Made by a program: the position numbers and the translations under genes
IMG/VR virus record: IMGVR_UViG_3300033067_000350
Location: 1-59,916 of that record
Reading direction: 5' to 3' (one strand)
Length of the DNA stretch: 59,916 nt
Source of the DNA: a virus
Lineage: Duplodnaviria > Caudoviricetes
Notes under the pieces: model-generated
What the model was told of the DNA's origin: nothing
What the model saw: the letters and a program-made list of their open reading frames with translations, nothing else
The model's database searches: none
In this document: piece by piece, positions 1 through 9,494 of the stretch
Layout of the letters: each line of letters begins with the position of its first letter
How positions within the stretch are numbered: position 1 is the stretch's first letter

Positions 1-271
1 CAGCACGTCCACCGCCAGCTATGAAACAACGCCAACACATCTTGAGACCACATGCCGTATCCAATGCCCACTTACCATCATTATACTCATCGCAATTCTC
101 ACACCTTCTATCCATTGGAATCAACAACCCATTCTCTTCAGCCCTCTCCATACTCTCATAGAGAGCACGATCTGCTCCACACCTCCAATCGCACTTTCTC
201 CCCAACTTCCTTCGCAGTGCTTCATCAGCCATCTTCTGGCCTTTAATAACATCACTCGCTCTATCACCCAT
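1..271 (-). CDS. Hypothetical Zn-finger-like protein, truncated by the window edge
   Basis: Not in the ORF track. ATG at 271 after GGGGG; reads MGDRASDVIKG...CENC...CWRC...GGGRA and stays open to base 1. Confidence 0.6.
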   Translation of the reverse strand, partial: MGDRASDVIKGQKMADEALRRKLGRKCDWRCGADRALYESMERAEENGLLIPMDRRCENCDEYNDGKWALDTACGLKMCWRCFIAGGGRA

Positions 272-291
272 TTCAAACCCCCAATCTTTCA

Positions 292-502
292 GGTTAAGTT
301 GTGCACAAATCTATTTTTCGTTAGCCTCTGCATTCCACATCTAGATACCATAGATAAAACTTTGACACTGGACCGCTGTGACATTCAATCTGACATACAG
401 TATGTGCAAATCCGCAATACCTAACGTTTATTCCCGCTGGCATTAGACTGCAAGTGTGCAGACTTTCGGCTAACTTAAATTTGTGCACAACTCTACCTCA
501 CA
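292..502. repeat. ~210-bp element bounded by inverted TTGTGCACAA-core repeats (copy 1)
   Basis: 292-312 and 479-502 are exact reverse complements of 34247-34267 and 34066-34089. Confidence 0.85.
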
Positions 503-951
503 ACAACAACCTGTCCCGCAAGGCCGCCCAACTCATTCAATTGCCATGGCTGAACCCATACTGAGAGTCTCTTGCTGTCCCTGAGCACGATGGTAGCCAT
601 ATTCAGCAACGACATCAACACTTCGGACCTATTGTGCACCCGGCTCCATTGTTCTGCTGTAATGTACCCCAGTGCTGTTCCCCTCTCATCCTCAGCCTGT
701 ACGCACCCACTCACCCATCTGAGCACCAGTGCTGGAGTACCTCTAGCCAGCAAGTCACATATGACCAGTTTCTGAATATTGCTGGTCTCGTCATTGACTT
801 TCAATTCGATATGTCCGGTCCACTTCTTGCCATATACCTGCAGGTCTGGCCACCCGCTCTTCTGCATAGCGTGGCCGTGCACCTTGAACGCAACTCCGCC
901 AGACCCTTCGATAGCTGTCACGATTTGCTTACCAAAATCGCTCTCAAGCAT
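493..951 (-). CDS. VRR-NUC / Holliday-junction-resolvase-like PD-(D/E)XK nuclease
   Basis: ESDF...GGVAFKVHG...GWPDL...HIELK motifs. Start moved to MLESDF. Confidence 0.75.
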   Translation of the reverse strand: MLESDFGKQIVTAIEGSGGVAFKVHGHAMQKSGWPDLQVYGKKWTGHIELKVNDETSNIQKLVICDLLARGTPALVLRWVSGCVQAEDERGTALGYITAEQWSRVHNRSEVLMSLLNMATIVLRDSKRLSVWVQPWQLNELGGLAGQVVVVR

Positions 952-1762
952 GTAACACCTGCTTGTACTGGGCATAACTTACGCCCTGCAAAACAATGAT
1001 CACGTCATCCTCCCACATATCTTGTAGCTCTTCAGCTTTAGCCATGCGAGCTTCAACGCTACTAAACTCTGATCCCATCACAGTGATGATTGGTGTAATG
1101 CCCCACGCTAACACATCATCAATGCTATCCCTGGTCTTTGCTTCCCAATTCTTTACTGACCCGCAAATGTAACCAGGCTCTAGCACAGTAAACGGGTTAG
1201 CAACCCGTCTTGCTGGGTTTGGTTCAAATCCCCACTTAATACCAACACCCAGCCCGTTAGCGCACTCAATACATCTAATCAGTGCTGTCATCCCTGCCAC
1301 TTCTGTACTCTCTGAGTCTCCAATACCATCCCAAATCAGAGTGCTGTTAGGCAGCTTTTCTCGCAGCATCTTAGTATGACCCATCATCTCCATCAGAACA
1401 CCCATTGGGTCCTTCTCATCCCTAGCAACCTTGGCCGGCCCACCAGTATACAAAAATGCCTGGACAACTCCTGGGCTCTCAAGGAACCTAGTCAGACCCA
1501 TTACAACTTCTATTGGGGCCCCATCAATATAGTGCGGAGTGAGGGGCACATTATCCAACACAATCCTGTTAACATCTCTACCAAACGGGCTGGCCAGCCA
1601 GAAGCTGCCGTACCCGTCATCAAGTTGTTCCTGCAGCTCTTTACACAACCAGTTGAAGGTATCTTCTCTGTACCCCTTCACAAAGTGGCCATACCCAGGG
1701 TTTATGTGCTTGCCGGCATCATTCTTAGACGTGTCAGCACAACTGATTCCTCTGATGATCAT
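944..1762 (-). CDS. Hypothetical protein
   Basis: 272-aa ORF abutting neighbours; no recognised motif. Confidence 0.7.
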   Translation of the reverse strand: MIIRGISCADTSKNDAGKHINPGYGHFVKGYREDTFNWLCKELQEQLDDGYGSFWLASPFGRDVNRIVLDNVPLTPHYIDGAPIEVVMGLTRFLESPGVVQAFLYTGGPAKVARDEKDPMGVLMEMMGHTKMLREKLPNSTLIWDGIGDSESTEVAGMTALIRCIECANGLGVGIKWGFEPNPARRVANPFTVLEPGYICGSVKNWEAKTRDSIDDVLAWGITPIITVMGSEFSSVEARMAKAEELQDMWEDDVIIVLQGVSYAQYKQVLHA

Positions 1763-2539
1763 TCAATAATCCTCCTGAGGGAAACATGCCCCTCTAAATG
1801 CACATCCGCCGTAATTGGAGCACTCTTTCAGATTACACTCGACAGCGTCCTTATCAGTTACGCTCTTCAATTCAAGCATTTTGCCAGCAATATCCTTCAC
1901 TTTATCCCACTCTTGCTGGATACGATCACCCTCAACAGTGACTTCAACTTTGTGAACAGATGGTGGGTTCTTACATAAGATTTTGTGTTGTACCTTACAA
2001 CCCTTATCAAACCCGCTCATTTTGGCGTACACTAACAGCTGAGTGTTGTCCTTCAGAGTCTCTTCAGTCTCTGCCCACCTCATGCTGGACGTTGACTTGT
2101 AATCAACAACCACACCCCTATGATCTACAAAGTCAATGAACCCGACAATGCGAACATTCGGCACAACCTCTTTGTCAAATGCATATTCGACATCAAACTT
2201 ACCATCAACAGCAAACCACCCATCCTCTTGGGCCCGATGGACCAACATCTTGGCCAGAGCCTGTTCATTGTTGGTCAACCTGCCAGTCTCTTTGCCTGTA
2301 TATCTGTCAAAGGCATATTCCCACCCTGCTGGGAATATGTTCTTGCCTTGAACTGCTCTTTCCATACACGAGTGGATGACAGTGCCAAACGTGTTGGGAG
2401 TGCTGGAGGCACCCCTACGCATGACTCGCTCCCACCACCACTTGCGTGGGCAAGCCATATACGTCTCAATCTGTGTGACACTTATTTTTAACACGATCGA
2501 CCTCCAGCAAGTTATTGATCTTCTCAGAGCAATGGTCAC
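1763..2539 (-). CDS. Cas4/RecB-like PD-(D/E)XK exonuclease
   Basis: SVTQ..YMACPRKW, FGTVIH, GFID..VVDYKS, QLLVY and a C-terminal Cys cluster. True start probably near 2494. Confidence 0.85.
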   Translation of the reverse strand: MTIALRRSITCWRSIVLKISVTQIETYMACPRKWWWERVMRRGASSTPNTFGTVIHSCMERAVQGKNIFPAGWEYAFDRYTGKETGRLTNNEQALAKMLVHRAQEDGWFAVDGKFDVEYAFDKEVVPNVRIVGFIDFVDHRGVVVDYKSTSSMRWAETEETLKDNTQLLVYAKMSGFDKGCKVQHKILCKNPPSVHKVEVTVEGDRIQQEWDKVKDIAGKMLELKSVTDKDAVECNLKECSNYGGCAFRGACFPQEDY

Positions 2540-2669
2540 AAATACAAGTATAATTACATCTGATGCTACTCCATATCTCTACAAATCTGTCACCCTCATC
2601 CATCTCTTTGCCGCAACAAGAGCAATACGGCCTGACGCCATCAATGTCACCCAATACAAACTTAGTCAT
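2466..2669 (-). CDS. Small Zn-ribbon protein
   Basis: CSCC...CDHC. Confidence 0.6.
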   Translation of the reverse strand: MTKFVLGDIDGVRPYCSCCGKEMDEGDRFVEIWSSIRCNYTCICDHCSEKINNLLEVDRVKNKCHTD

Positions 2670-2677
2670 GGGGCACC

Positions 2678-3301
2678 TCAATGTAAGCACATAACGCATT
2701 TACATCCATCTGGGTGGGGCTCAACTCTTGGCCGATTAAAATTGTCCAGCCACCGCCTAACAATCTGTACACAATCCATAGCATCTTCAATAGCAGTATG
2801 GCTCACACCTCCAATGATACCAGCACGCTTCTTACACTCTTCAAGGTCTGGAGGGCACTCATCAGTTGGCCTCAACATCAACGTACCCACATCAATAGCC
2901 CTGTGCTTGTGCTTAATTGCTGGGTAGCCCCAACCAGGCAGCCTGCGCAAGAATCTCATATCAAAACCCATGACATTCTTGCCACATGGTACAAACCCTT
3001 CTCTGCCATACATATGTGACTTGAGCCACCTGCTAATGGTGGGGACAATCGTATCTTCTGTAACAGACAGATACTCCCCAGACATGATTTTGTCCATTAT
3101 GCCCTGATTCATACGCATAGCAGTATCTTCGCCACAATACTGTTGCCCATCACGTGGCCTAATGTACCAGTGATTGACATCAACCTTTGGTGGGGTGTCA
3201 ATCTGCACCTCAGCATGAATCATAGCCAACTCTACCATCTGGCAGGTATTTGGATCCAATCCAGTTGTTTCACAATCAATAGCAATAAATCTCATGACCA
3301 T
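2678..3301 (-). CDS. DEDDh 3'-5' exonuclease (DnaQ/oligoribonuclease-like)
   Basis: IDCETTGLD, GKN..FD, IDV, HTAIED motifs. Confidence 0.9.
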   Translation of the reverse strand: MVMRFIAIDCETTGLDPNTCQMVELAMIHAEVQIDTPPKVDVNHWYIRPRDGQQYCGEDTAMRMNQGIMDKIMSGEYLSVTEDTIVPTISRWLKSHMYGREGFVPCGKNVMGFDMRFLRRLPGWGYPAIKHKHRAIDVGTLMLRPTDECPPDLEECKKRAGIIGGVSHTAIEDAMDCVQIVRRWLDNFNRPRVEPHPDGCKCVMCLH

Positions 3302-4245
3302 GTACCCCTTGAGCCATCGGTGTCCGCACCCAACTTGGTGAGTGCAAACATTGTACCTGCCTTAACAGTAACTGAGCCGCTCGCCGCAGTCTGATAGAAT
3401 CGCGGTATCAACGTACCTGCTGTACTGGTCTTAATAACCCCAACAACTTGGATACATGAACCAGCAGTTGTATTAGCAGCAGTAGCAGCCAAATGTGTTG
3501 TAGTTGTTCTAGCAGCATGATTGCTGGTAGTCTGAGACGAGTCCATAGCACCCTTGTGTCCTATGGTTCTGTAGTTGATTGCCGCAACGCCTACAGTGCC
3601 GCCAAATCCCACCCCTATGGCGTGAGATGTGGTGCCGTTAACCATATACAACTCACCTTCAAACCTGTATAGTGAGTTGGCCTCAAGGCTGACTCCGCCA
3701 GCAGTTGGGAACCATGGCTGGTCGTTGGTATCATTCACTCCGCTGGCGTCAGCATTAAGTCTCTTCCACAATTCAGGAGGGGCATAACCCCAGGACTGGT
3801 CACCCTTTAGCACAGTCAGAGCGGATGCTGACCCGCTGCCTAGTCTTGCTGTAGCTATAGTGCCTGAGGTGATTTCAGACGCAGCATGATTATGAGAAGC
3901 AGCAGCAAAATCCCCAGTGTTAGATAGGGATGCTGAACCAAGACCCAGAGTTGTCCTCTGCGCAGCCGCATCGGCATCATCAAGCAGTGCCTTACCAGCC
4001 GTTGTAACATCACCACCCATCTTCGCAGTACTAACCACGCCATTGTCAATAGTATAAACGCTGCCACTGCCGCTGATAGTGATGTCACCTTTGTCCCCAT
4101 CTGCCGGTCCTGTTGACGCAATAGTAGCCCATTTACCATCTTTTCTGAGATATTGGTTACCATGAGTTGCGTTGAATATCATGGTGGTGCCGTCAGGCAT
4201 AATCAACCCGTATTCACCATTCGACTCAAATGATCCGATGGCCAC
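3292..4245 (-). CDS. Tail-fibre-like protein outside the structural module
   Basis: Gly/Ser/Thr/Ala-rich; GDKGDIT, LLDDADAAAQRTTLGLG and HNH fibre-type motifs. Confidence 0.65.
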   Translation of the reverse strand: MAIGSFESNGEYGLIMPDGTTMIFNATHGNQYLRKDGKWATIASTGPADGDKGDITISGSGSVYTIDNGVVSTAKMGGDVTTAGKALLDDADAAAQRTTLGLGSASLSNTGDFAAASHNHAASEITSGTIATARLGSGSASALTVLKGDQSWGYAPPELWKRLNADASGVNDTNDQPWFPTAGGVSLEANSLYRFEGELYMVNGTTSHAIGVGFGGTVGVAAINYRTIGHKGAMDSSQTTSNHAARTTTTHLAATAANTTAGSCIQVVGVIKTSTAGTLIPRFYQTAASGSVTVKAGTMFALTKLGADTDGSRGTWS

Positions 4246-4248
4246 TAC

Positions 4249-4488
4249 TCACCTCACGATCATAGAGAATAGGAACAACATCGCAAACACAAAAACAATG
4301 ATTATCTGAGCATACCTCAGCTTGTCCATAGCTATCTCTGTTTTGGCCTCAAGAATAAGCAGTTTGGCATCAGGATGTTGCATGGCCAGATCGTAGTTTA
4401 TCCAGTCATCAGCACTACCATATAGTGCCATCCTCTCAGGGGAGTTGAGGTACACTTTGATCCAGAATTTGGCCTCTGACTCGTTCAT
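4249..4488 (-). CDS. Small membrane protein
   Basis: C-terminal hydrophobic helix; ATGA overlap with the upstream gene. Confidence 0.6.
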   Translation of the reverse strand: MNESEAKFWIKVYLNSPERMALYGSADDWINYDLAMQHPDAKLLILEAKTEIAMDKLRYAQIIIVFVFAMLFLFSMIVR

Positions 4489-4964
4489 TGTCTGCCCTCG
4501 TTGACTATCCAACCTGCCCACAACATTGTGCCGTAATCCCAGATGCCTTTACTTGTCCATTTGTATAACAAGTAGTTTGCTCTATTGGGATGCATACCTA
4601 TTTCATTGATCATATCCTGAATGCGTCTGAAGTTGTAGCGGTCTGTACCACCAGTCCTATGTTGTTTACACAATCTGAGAAATTCACGTTCATCCCATCT
4701 GATGGCTCCATGCAAGTTAGTATCTCTGTATTGGAATTTGAAAGCCAACAATCCTGCTGTAGTCACAAGTTGCACTACACATCCTAATCCCTCATCCGAT
4801 ATCAGAGTACCTTCAACCCACGTGTATTGTTGATTGAGCCAACCTTTTCTTTTGGGTACTGCTGATTTAGCTACTGGGATGTGCGGACTCAGTATCTTAT
4901 GAGGGGACACTATGGGGTAGTATGGGTGATTATCAGACAATTTCATTAGCACTCTGACCTTCAT
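4485..4964 (-). CDS. Hypothetical protein
   Basis: 4-bp overlaps with both neighbours. Confidence 0.65.
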   Translation of the reverse strand: MKVRVLMKLSDNHPYYPIVSPHKILSPHIPVAKSAVPKRKGWLNQQYTWVEGTLISDEGLGCVVQLVTTAGLLAFKFQYRDTNLHGAIRWDEREFLRLCKQHRTGGTDRYNFRRIQDMINEIGMHPNRANYLLYKWTSKGIWDYGTMLWAGWIVNEGRQ

Positions 4965-5326
4965 ACCATCTTCTCCACAGCCTCAATGGCTTCGTCCAAA
5001 TCTCTGCTGTTCCTCAGAATATGGAGCACTTTGTCTTTGAGCTTGAGGTTGGATTTACCAATAGGGTTTTGTTTACGCTGAGCCCCGAACGATGTTACCA
5101 CTTTGGGTTTGTTAAACGATTTTAACAACAAATCCCTGGCAGCAGTCAACCTTTTGAACAGACCTGGGTCCCCTCCCTGATCTGGGTGACACCTAGTCTC
5201 CATCACTCTTCTGTGATATGCTTTACGCACATCATCTGGTGTGATCTTGCCTTGCAGCTTCATTGCTGTCATAGCTTTGTCTAGATCAACGTCCACAACC
5301 CCTAACAGCCATTCGTCATCTGTCAT
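4961..5326 (-). CDS. J-domain (DnaJ-like) co-chaperone
   Basis: VRKAYHRR...HPDQGGD...F..L..ARD.L; HPD motif intact. Confidence 0.85.
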   Translation of the reverse strand: MTDDEWLLGVVDVDLDKAMTAMKLQGKITPDDVRKAYHRRVMETRCHPDQGGDPGLFKRLTAARDLLLKSFNKPKVVTSFGAQRKQNPIGKSNLKLKDKVLHILRNSRDLDEAIEAVEKMV

Positions 5327-5652
5327 GGGCGTAATTCCTTAAAAGCTATGCCTGAGGCATTAAGACCCATTGCAGCCAATCTCATGGCTTGTTTAACATC
5401 CTTGGCTTGGACTTGTATTTCTACAGTCATTTCCCCAATGGGACCTTCTACAACAGCTTGAAGGGTATGCATCGGCATACCTTTGAACAGTTTTTCAATT
5501 CTGGCGTACATCTCTGCGTTCAGAGCCTCAAAGTCAACAATGGTGACTACTGATTCAGCTTTAGCCAACCAGTTCTCAAACGGCTCACCAGCATCCTCTA
5601 TGAAGTCATCAAGATTGGAGGCATTGTCAATCAATTTGGCTTTGATAGACAT
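5323..5652 (-). CDS. Hypothetical protein
   Basis: GAGGAG ribosome-binding site; overlaps neighbours. Confidence 0.65.
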   Translation of the reverse strand: MSIKAKLIDNASNLDDFIEDAGEPFENWLAKAESVVTIVDFEALNAEMYARIEKLFKGMPMHTLQAVVEGPIGEMTVEIQVQAKDVKQAMRLAAMGLNASGIAFKELRP

Positions 5653-6217
5653 TTGATTTCAACTCCTCATGGGCCCTAGCCATTTCAGCTGCTGGGATGA
5701 ACAACTTATCCCACCCACTACCTCCGGCACAAGCAAGCCACCCATCTCTACTGGTTCTGTAAATGAAGTCTTTAGTGATCCAAACAGACTCATGCCCTGT
5801 AACTCCACCCTTTACAATTGTGAAGGATTTGAGCGGCCCATGGATTTGAGATAGAAAATCGGTCAACATAACCCGAACAGCAACCTTTATTGGGTTGGCA
5901 AATTTGTTCTCAAATGTCTTACAATCCACAGTTGAGGTGCTGATGTTGCGGCTTCTCTCTGCTTCAATTACCAAACTTGGGGCTATGTATACTAATTTGT
6001 GACCCAAAGCAATCAGCCTAGTTGCTTCTGCCATGCTGCCCTTGAAAAGAGTATTTGAGATGGGCTTGCCTGTCACCCAATTTCTGTGAGTCTCAATAGT
6101 AGCCATCATGTGAGGGCTAGCCAGCACGCCGTCTGCTTCATGCCTTTTGATGGCTATAATGGCATCAATGGGGTCATCGTTGTCGTGGACGCAAATGATT
6201 TTCATTCTATCTTTCAT
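5627..6217 (-). CDS. Hypothetical protein, probably leaderless
   Basis: ATG lies 5 nt after a TATACT -10 box; no Shine-Dalgarno. Confidence 0.65.
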   Translation of the reverse strand: MKDRMKIICVHDNDDPIDAIIAIKRHEADGVLASPHMMATIETHRNWVTGKPISNTLFKGSMAEATRLIALGHKLVYIAPSLVIEAERSRNISTSTVDCKTFENKFANPIKVAVRVMLTDFLSQIHGPLKSFTIVKGGVTGHESVWITKDFIYRTSRDGWLACAGGSGWDKLFIPAAEMARAHEELKSNVYQSQID

Positions 6218-6222
6218 ACCCT

Positions 6223-6250
6223 AGTATACCCTCAAATTTGAGGAAGTCTA
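6223..6250 (-). promoter_or_regulatory. Sigma70-type promoter with palindromic spacer
   Basis: TAGACT-16 nt-TATACT; spacer contains CCTCAAATTTGAGG. Confidence 0.6.
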
Positions 6251-6256
6251 ATCAAG

Positions 6257-6559
6257 TCACTCTTGTTCTGTCTCTTCTTGGTCATCACAATCGTATTCTT
6301 CATCGTCTTCCAATTCATCACCGGAATCTTCTGATGGTTCGTCGTCATCTATCCAAGTGGTGTCCTCATCATCATCTTCCTCTTCAAATTCCTCAAACTC
6401 ATCGTTATGTGACTCATCACATCTAGTGACGGCAACAACCTCAGTACAAACTCTGGCTGTCATGAACTCTGACTTAACAACCTCTTCATCAGGGCTGTCG
6501 CTTTCAAACAAGTCAACCAGATTGACGCCATCCTTGACGTATTCCACATCATACAGCAT
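6257..6559 (-). CDS. Highly acidic small protein
   Basis: GGAG RBS; C-terminal half is mostly Asp/Glu. Confidence 0.75.
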   Translation of the reverse strand: MLYDVEYVKDGVNLVDLFESDSPDEEVVKSEFMTARVCTEVVAVTRCDESHNDEFEEFEEEDDDEDTTWIDDDEPSEDSGDELEDDEEYDCDDQEETEQE

Positions 6560-6673
6560 TTAATGCTCCGTTAGGTGTGTGGCAGAATCTCGTTATAGGC
6601 CTGTGCACACACCCCCATATCTCTACATGGCCTATACGCTAAAAACTTGCTGTGCACACATTCTGCACAGGTT

Positions 6674-9013
6674 TTACGCTATCTGACAAGCTCCACCGCC
6701 GCACGCGGCCTCCATAATTACGGCTGTGGAATCCTCAACTTCAATCATTTGTGAGTAGTCAACAGGCTTGTAATTCTTAATCAGCTCAGCCCACTTGTTG
6801 GCGTCATCGACACGCACCTCTTCACGAGGCATGAAAGGATTGCCCTTGTCGCTGGATCTGGGCAGGAAGGACATGGCTTGAATGCGATGGCGATTGTCCC
6901 AAACCATCTTAAACACTTCATGCCATTCTTCTGGATCCACTACAACAGTACTGCTGACATTGTGAGTCAATCCTGGGCTGTGTCCTGTATAAACAGTGCC
7001 GGGCACAATCCAATTCTCATAGGTATTGAACACATAGTCCAAGAATGTGTGGGCCTTCAAGCCCTTTACAGTGATAGCCCCTTCAGGAGCCTCCACTGGG
7101 AAGGTAAGGCACCAGTCCCCATTTGGCTTTTCTGTAACCATATGAGGATTGAGTCCCTTGAAATATTGGGCAACAGGCTCATGTGGATTAGCAGTGATAC
7201 GTCTGAAATACCTCTTGGCATGATGAGGATGGATACCGCTGCCGATCATACCCAAAGCAAGACTTGCTGTACCGCTGGGCTTAACCGTTGTGACCCTAGC
7301 AGCTTGCTTAATACCAATATGGCTGGCTACAATAAGGTTGGCTTGTGTAGCTCTGACAGCCATCTCCCTTACCACCTCAGGATTGAAAGACATTGCTGGA
7401 TTATCCATCATGCCAGTCATGCCGATACCCAGCAATGCTTCGCGTTTGGCCAGCAACTCTGTTGTCTCACCCAGATACGGGAATGAGGTATACGATGCCT
7501 GCAAAGTGCCGATGAAGGCAGCAGTCTCAGCCGCCTCATAGCACTGCTCTGGAGTGAGATTGCGGGCCATGTTAATCTCGCACAAATTACAGAAGCTGAA
7601 TCCGGTCTTGACCATGCAAGTATTGCCGTTTGGGTGCTTGCCTTCCGTCAATCCTTGACTAGACAAGAAGTGGTAGTCATTCTCATCTAGCGGCTCAACA
7701 CACATAACAGGATTGAGACCAATCTCGCCACACGGGTTGGTTCCATAGTCCAGATTGTCTGTCAAGAAGAATCCTGGCTCACCATAGTGCTTAACAGCAA
7801 AGTCAAAGCACTGTTTGAATTGGTCCTTGCCGCAAGGTTTGCCTGACTCATTGATGTCCTGTAAATCAGACCTCAAGAACACAGCACTGTTGTTAGCCAT
7901 TTCACGTTGGGCATTCTTGCCACCCCAACTGAAGTGCTCTGGAGTCTTGCAAGTCATCATCTCTTCATCATCAGGACTGAACAAACTGATGAGGCTTGAT
8001 CTACGGACGCCGCCAGCTAGTACAGCCTCAGCACAATGACACAAAATATCATGACACTCAATTGGTCTCAATTTGCGGCCGGCGGCATTGGAGAGGATTT
8101 GCCTAATGATCTCAATGGTGCGTTTAAGCGGCAAATGACCCGGTGCTTTCCCACCGCTGGTCTTGAGCGGAGACCCCTCAGGATGGTTCTCGATGATGCT
8201 CTTGTAGTTGAATTCAATATACATGCCGTTGATTTGGGCGGTAATGAGAGCACTAATAGCACTACCCCAACCTTCAATGCTGTCTTCGACATCATAGTTG
8301 ATAACCTGGCTCTTGTCCACCACTCCCATAGCAGGAAGTTTAGCAACATGCTGCTTTTGTACGCTAAAACCAACTCCACACCCGCATAGCAGCAAGTACA
8401 AAGACTCCCCAAACACCTCTGGCCTATCAATCAGTGTGAAAGAGCAATTGTACATTCTGGCATGGTGGGCCTCAATAGCAGCACCGCCAAATTGCATACT
8501 GCGCATACTGGGCATCACCCTCTTGTCGTACACAAGCTTGAAGTGCCTCTTGATCACACCTTCAAGTGAGGGGAATCGTTTGATATGCATAGCCTCAACA
8601 CGGGCCACAGTCTCATGATACAACTCACGTCTTTTCTGCTCAGGCAGGTGTCTAGCGTATTTGCTGGCATGAATGTAGTCTGTGACCGCATTTTCTGGGG
8701 CTTTGTGAAGACGAATGGATGCCCTATTTTCTCTGTACAGAATGAAAGCCTTGGCTGCCTTGGGGCTAACCTTCATAAGTGCCTTCTCAGCCTCATCCTG
8801 AATGTGCTCAATGTGGATTGGTGGTACTGCATCACCCTGCTTAGCAAAATAGTTGGGATGGTTGCCAATGATCTGGCATACCGTGTCTGTAGCTTGCTCA
8901 GCTAAGTCAGGATCATCACCCACCTCAATGAGTGCTTTCCTAATGGCGGCCTCAATCTTGAAGGCATCCCACTCAACCAGAGACCCATCACGCTTTTGTA
9001 CAGGCATTTCCAA
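6674..9013 (-). CDS. nrdJ: Class II (B12-dependent) ribonucleotide reductase with N-terminal ATP cone
   Basis: VQKRDG cone, PSMRSMQFGG, YNCS, TNPCGEI, TTVKPSGT, C-terminal ACGGGAC. No small-subunit gene seen. Confidence 0.93.
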   Translation of the reverse strand: MEMPVQKRDGSLVEWDAFKIEAAIRKALIEVGDDPDLAEQATDTVCQIIGNHPNYFAKQGDAVPPIHIEHIQDEAEKALMKVSPKAAKAFILYRENRASIRLHKAPENAVTDYIHASKYARHLPEQKRRELYHETVARVEAMHIKRFPSLEGVIKRHFKLVYDKRVMPSMRSMQFGGAAIEAHHARMYNCSFTLIDRPEVFGESLYLLLCGCGVGFSVQKQHVAKLPAMGVVDKSQVINYDVEDSIEGWGSAISALITAQINGMYIEFNYKSIIENHPEGSPLKTSGGKAPGHLPLKRTIEIIRQILSNAAGRKLRPIECHDILCHCAEAVLAGGVRRSSLISLFSPDDEEMMTCKTPEHFSWGGKNAQREMANNSAVFLRSDLQDINESGKPCGKDQFKQCFDFAVKHYGEPGFFLTDNLDYGTNPCGEIGLNPVMCVEPLDENDYHFLSSQGLTEGKHPNGNTCMVKTGFSFCNLCEINMARNLTPEQCYEAAETAAFIGTLQASYTSFPYLGETTELLAKREALLGIGMTGMMDNPAMSFNPEVVREMAVRATQANLIVASHIGIKQAARVTTVKPSGTASLALGMIGSGIHPHHAKRYFRRITANPHEPVAQYFKGLNPHMVTEKPNGDWCLTFPVEAPEGAITVKGLKAHTFLDYVFNTYENWIVPGTVYTGHSPGLTHNVSSTVVVDPEEWHEVFKMVWDNRHRIQAMSFLPRSSDKGNPFMPREEVRVDDANKWAELIKNYKPVDYSQMIEVEDSTAVIMEAACGGGACQIA

Positions 9014-9176
9014 GGATTTTCTCCAATTCAGGATTGATAACTTCAGTCAATCCACATACCCATCTGAAAGACCCGTCCCTCAGTTGGATGTAGTATCCAG
9101 TCTTGCTCCAGATAACCCCATCTGGTAAGTCCATATGTGAGATCAATTCCACGTTCATAATCCAGGGCCCATCCAC
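8988..9176 (-). CDS. Hypothetical protein
   Basis: Fills the gap in the operon. Confidence 0.45.
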   Translation of the reverse strand: MDGPWIMNVELISHMDLPDGVIWSKTGYYIQLRDGSFRWVCGLTEVINPELEKILGNACTKA

Positions 9177-9205
9177 TTAAGGATTGGGCCCCAGTGAGGA
9201 GAGAG

Positions 9206-9490
9206 TCAATTGTATTGCATCCAAATCAAACCAGGCTGCCAACGCAGAGCTTTGAGATGGTGACTCTTGTATCTCTTGATGAATGCCCTCTCTTTGTAAT
9301 TGGGCTTACAACACTGGACTACAAACTCAAGTCTGCGTTTATTAGGCAACCCTGTACGCTTGTACTTGACTCTGGTAACCCTGACTACAACGTCTTTGCT
9401 GATGAATTTAGTAGCCCTGTGCAGGTATTTGAGGTTACTGAACTCACCAATCAGTTCCGTCACCGCATTTGAAAAATCAATAGTCGTCAA
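9206..9490 (-). CDS. Basic hypothetical protein
   Basis: TTG start after AGGTG; in operon. Confidence 0.55.
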   Translation of the reverse strand: MTTIDFSNAVTELIGEFSNLKYLHRATKFISKDVVVRVTRVKYKRTGLPNKRRLEFVVQCCKPNYKERAFIKRYKSHHLKALRWQPGLIWMQYN

Positions 9491-9494
9491 TTTG

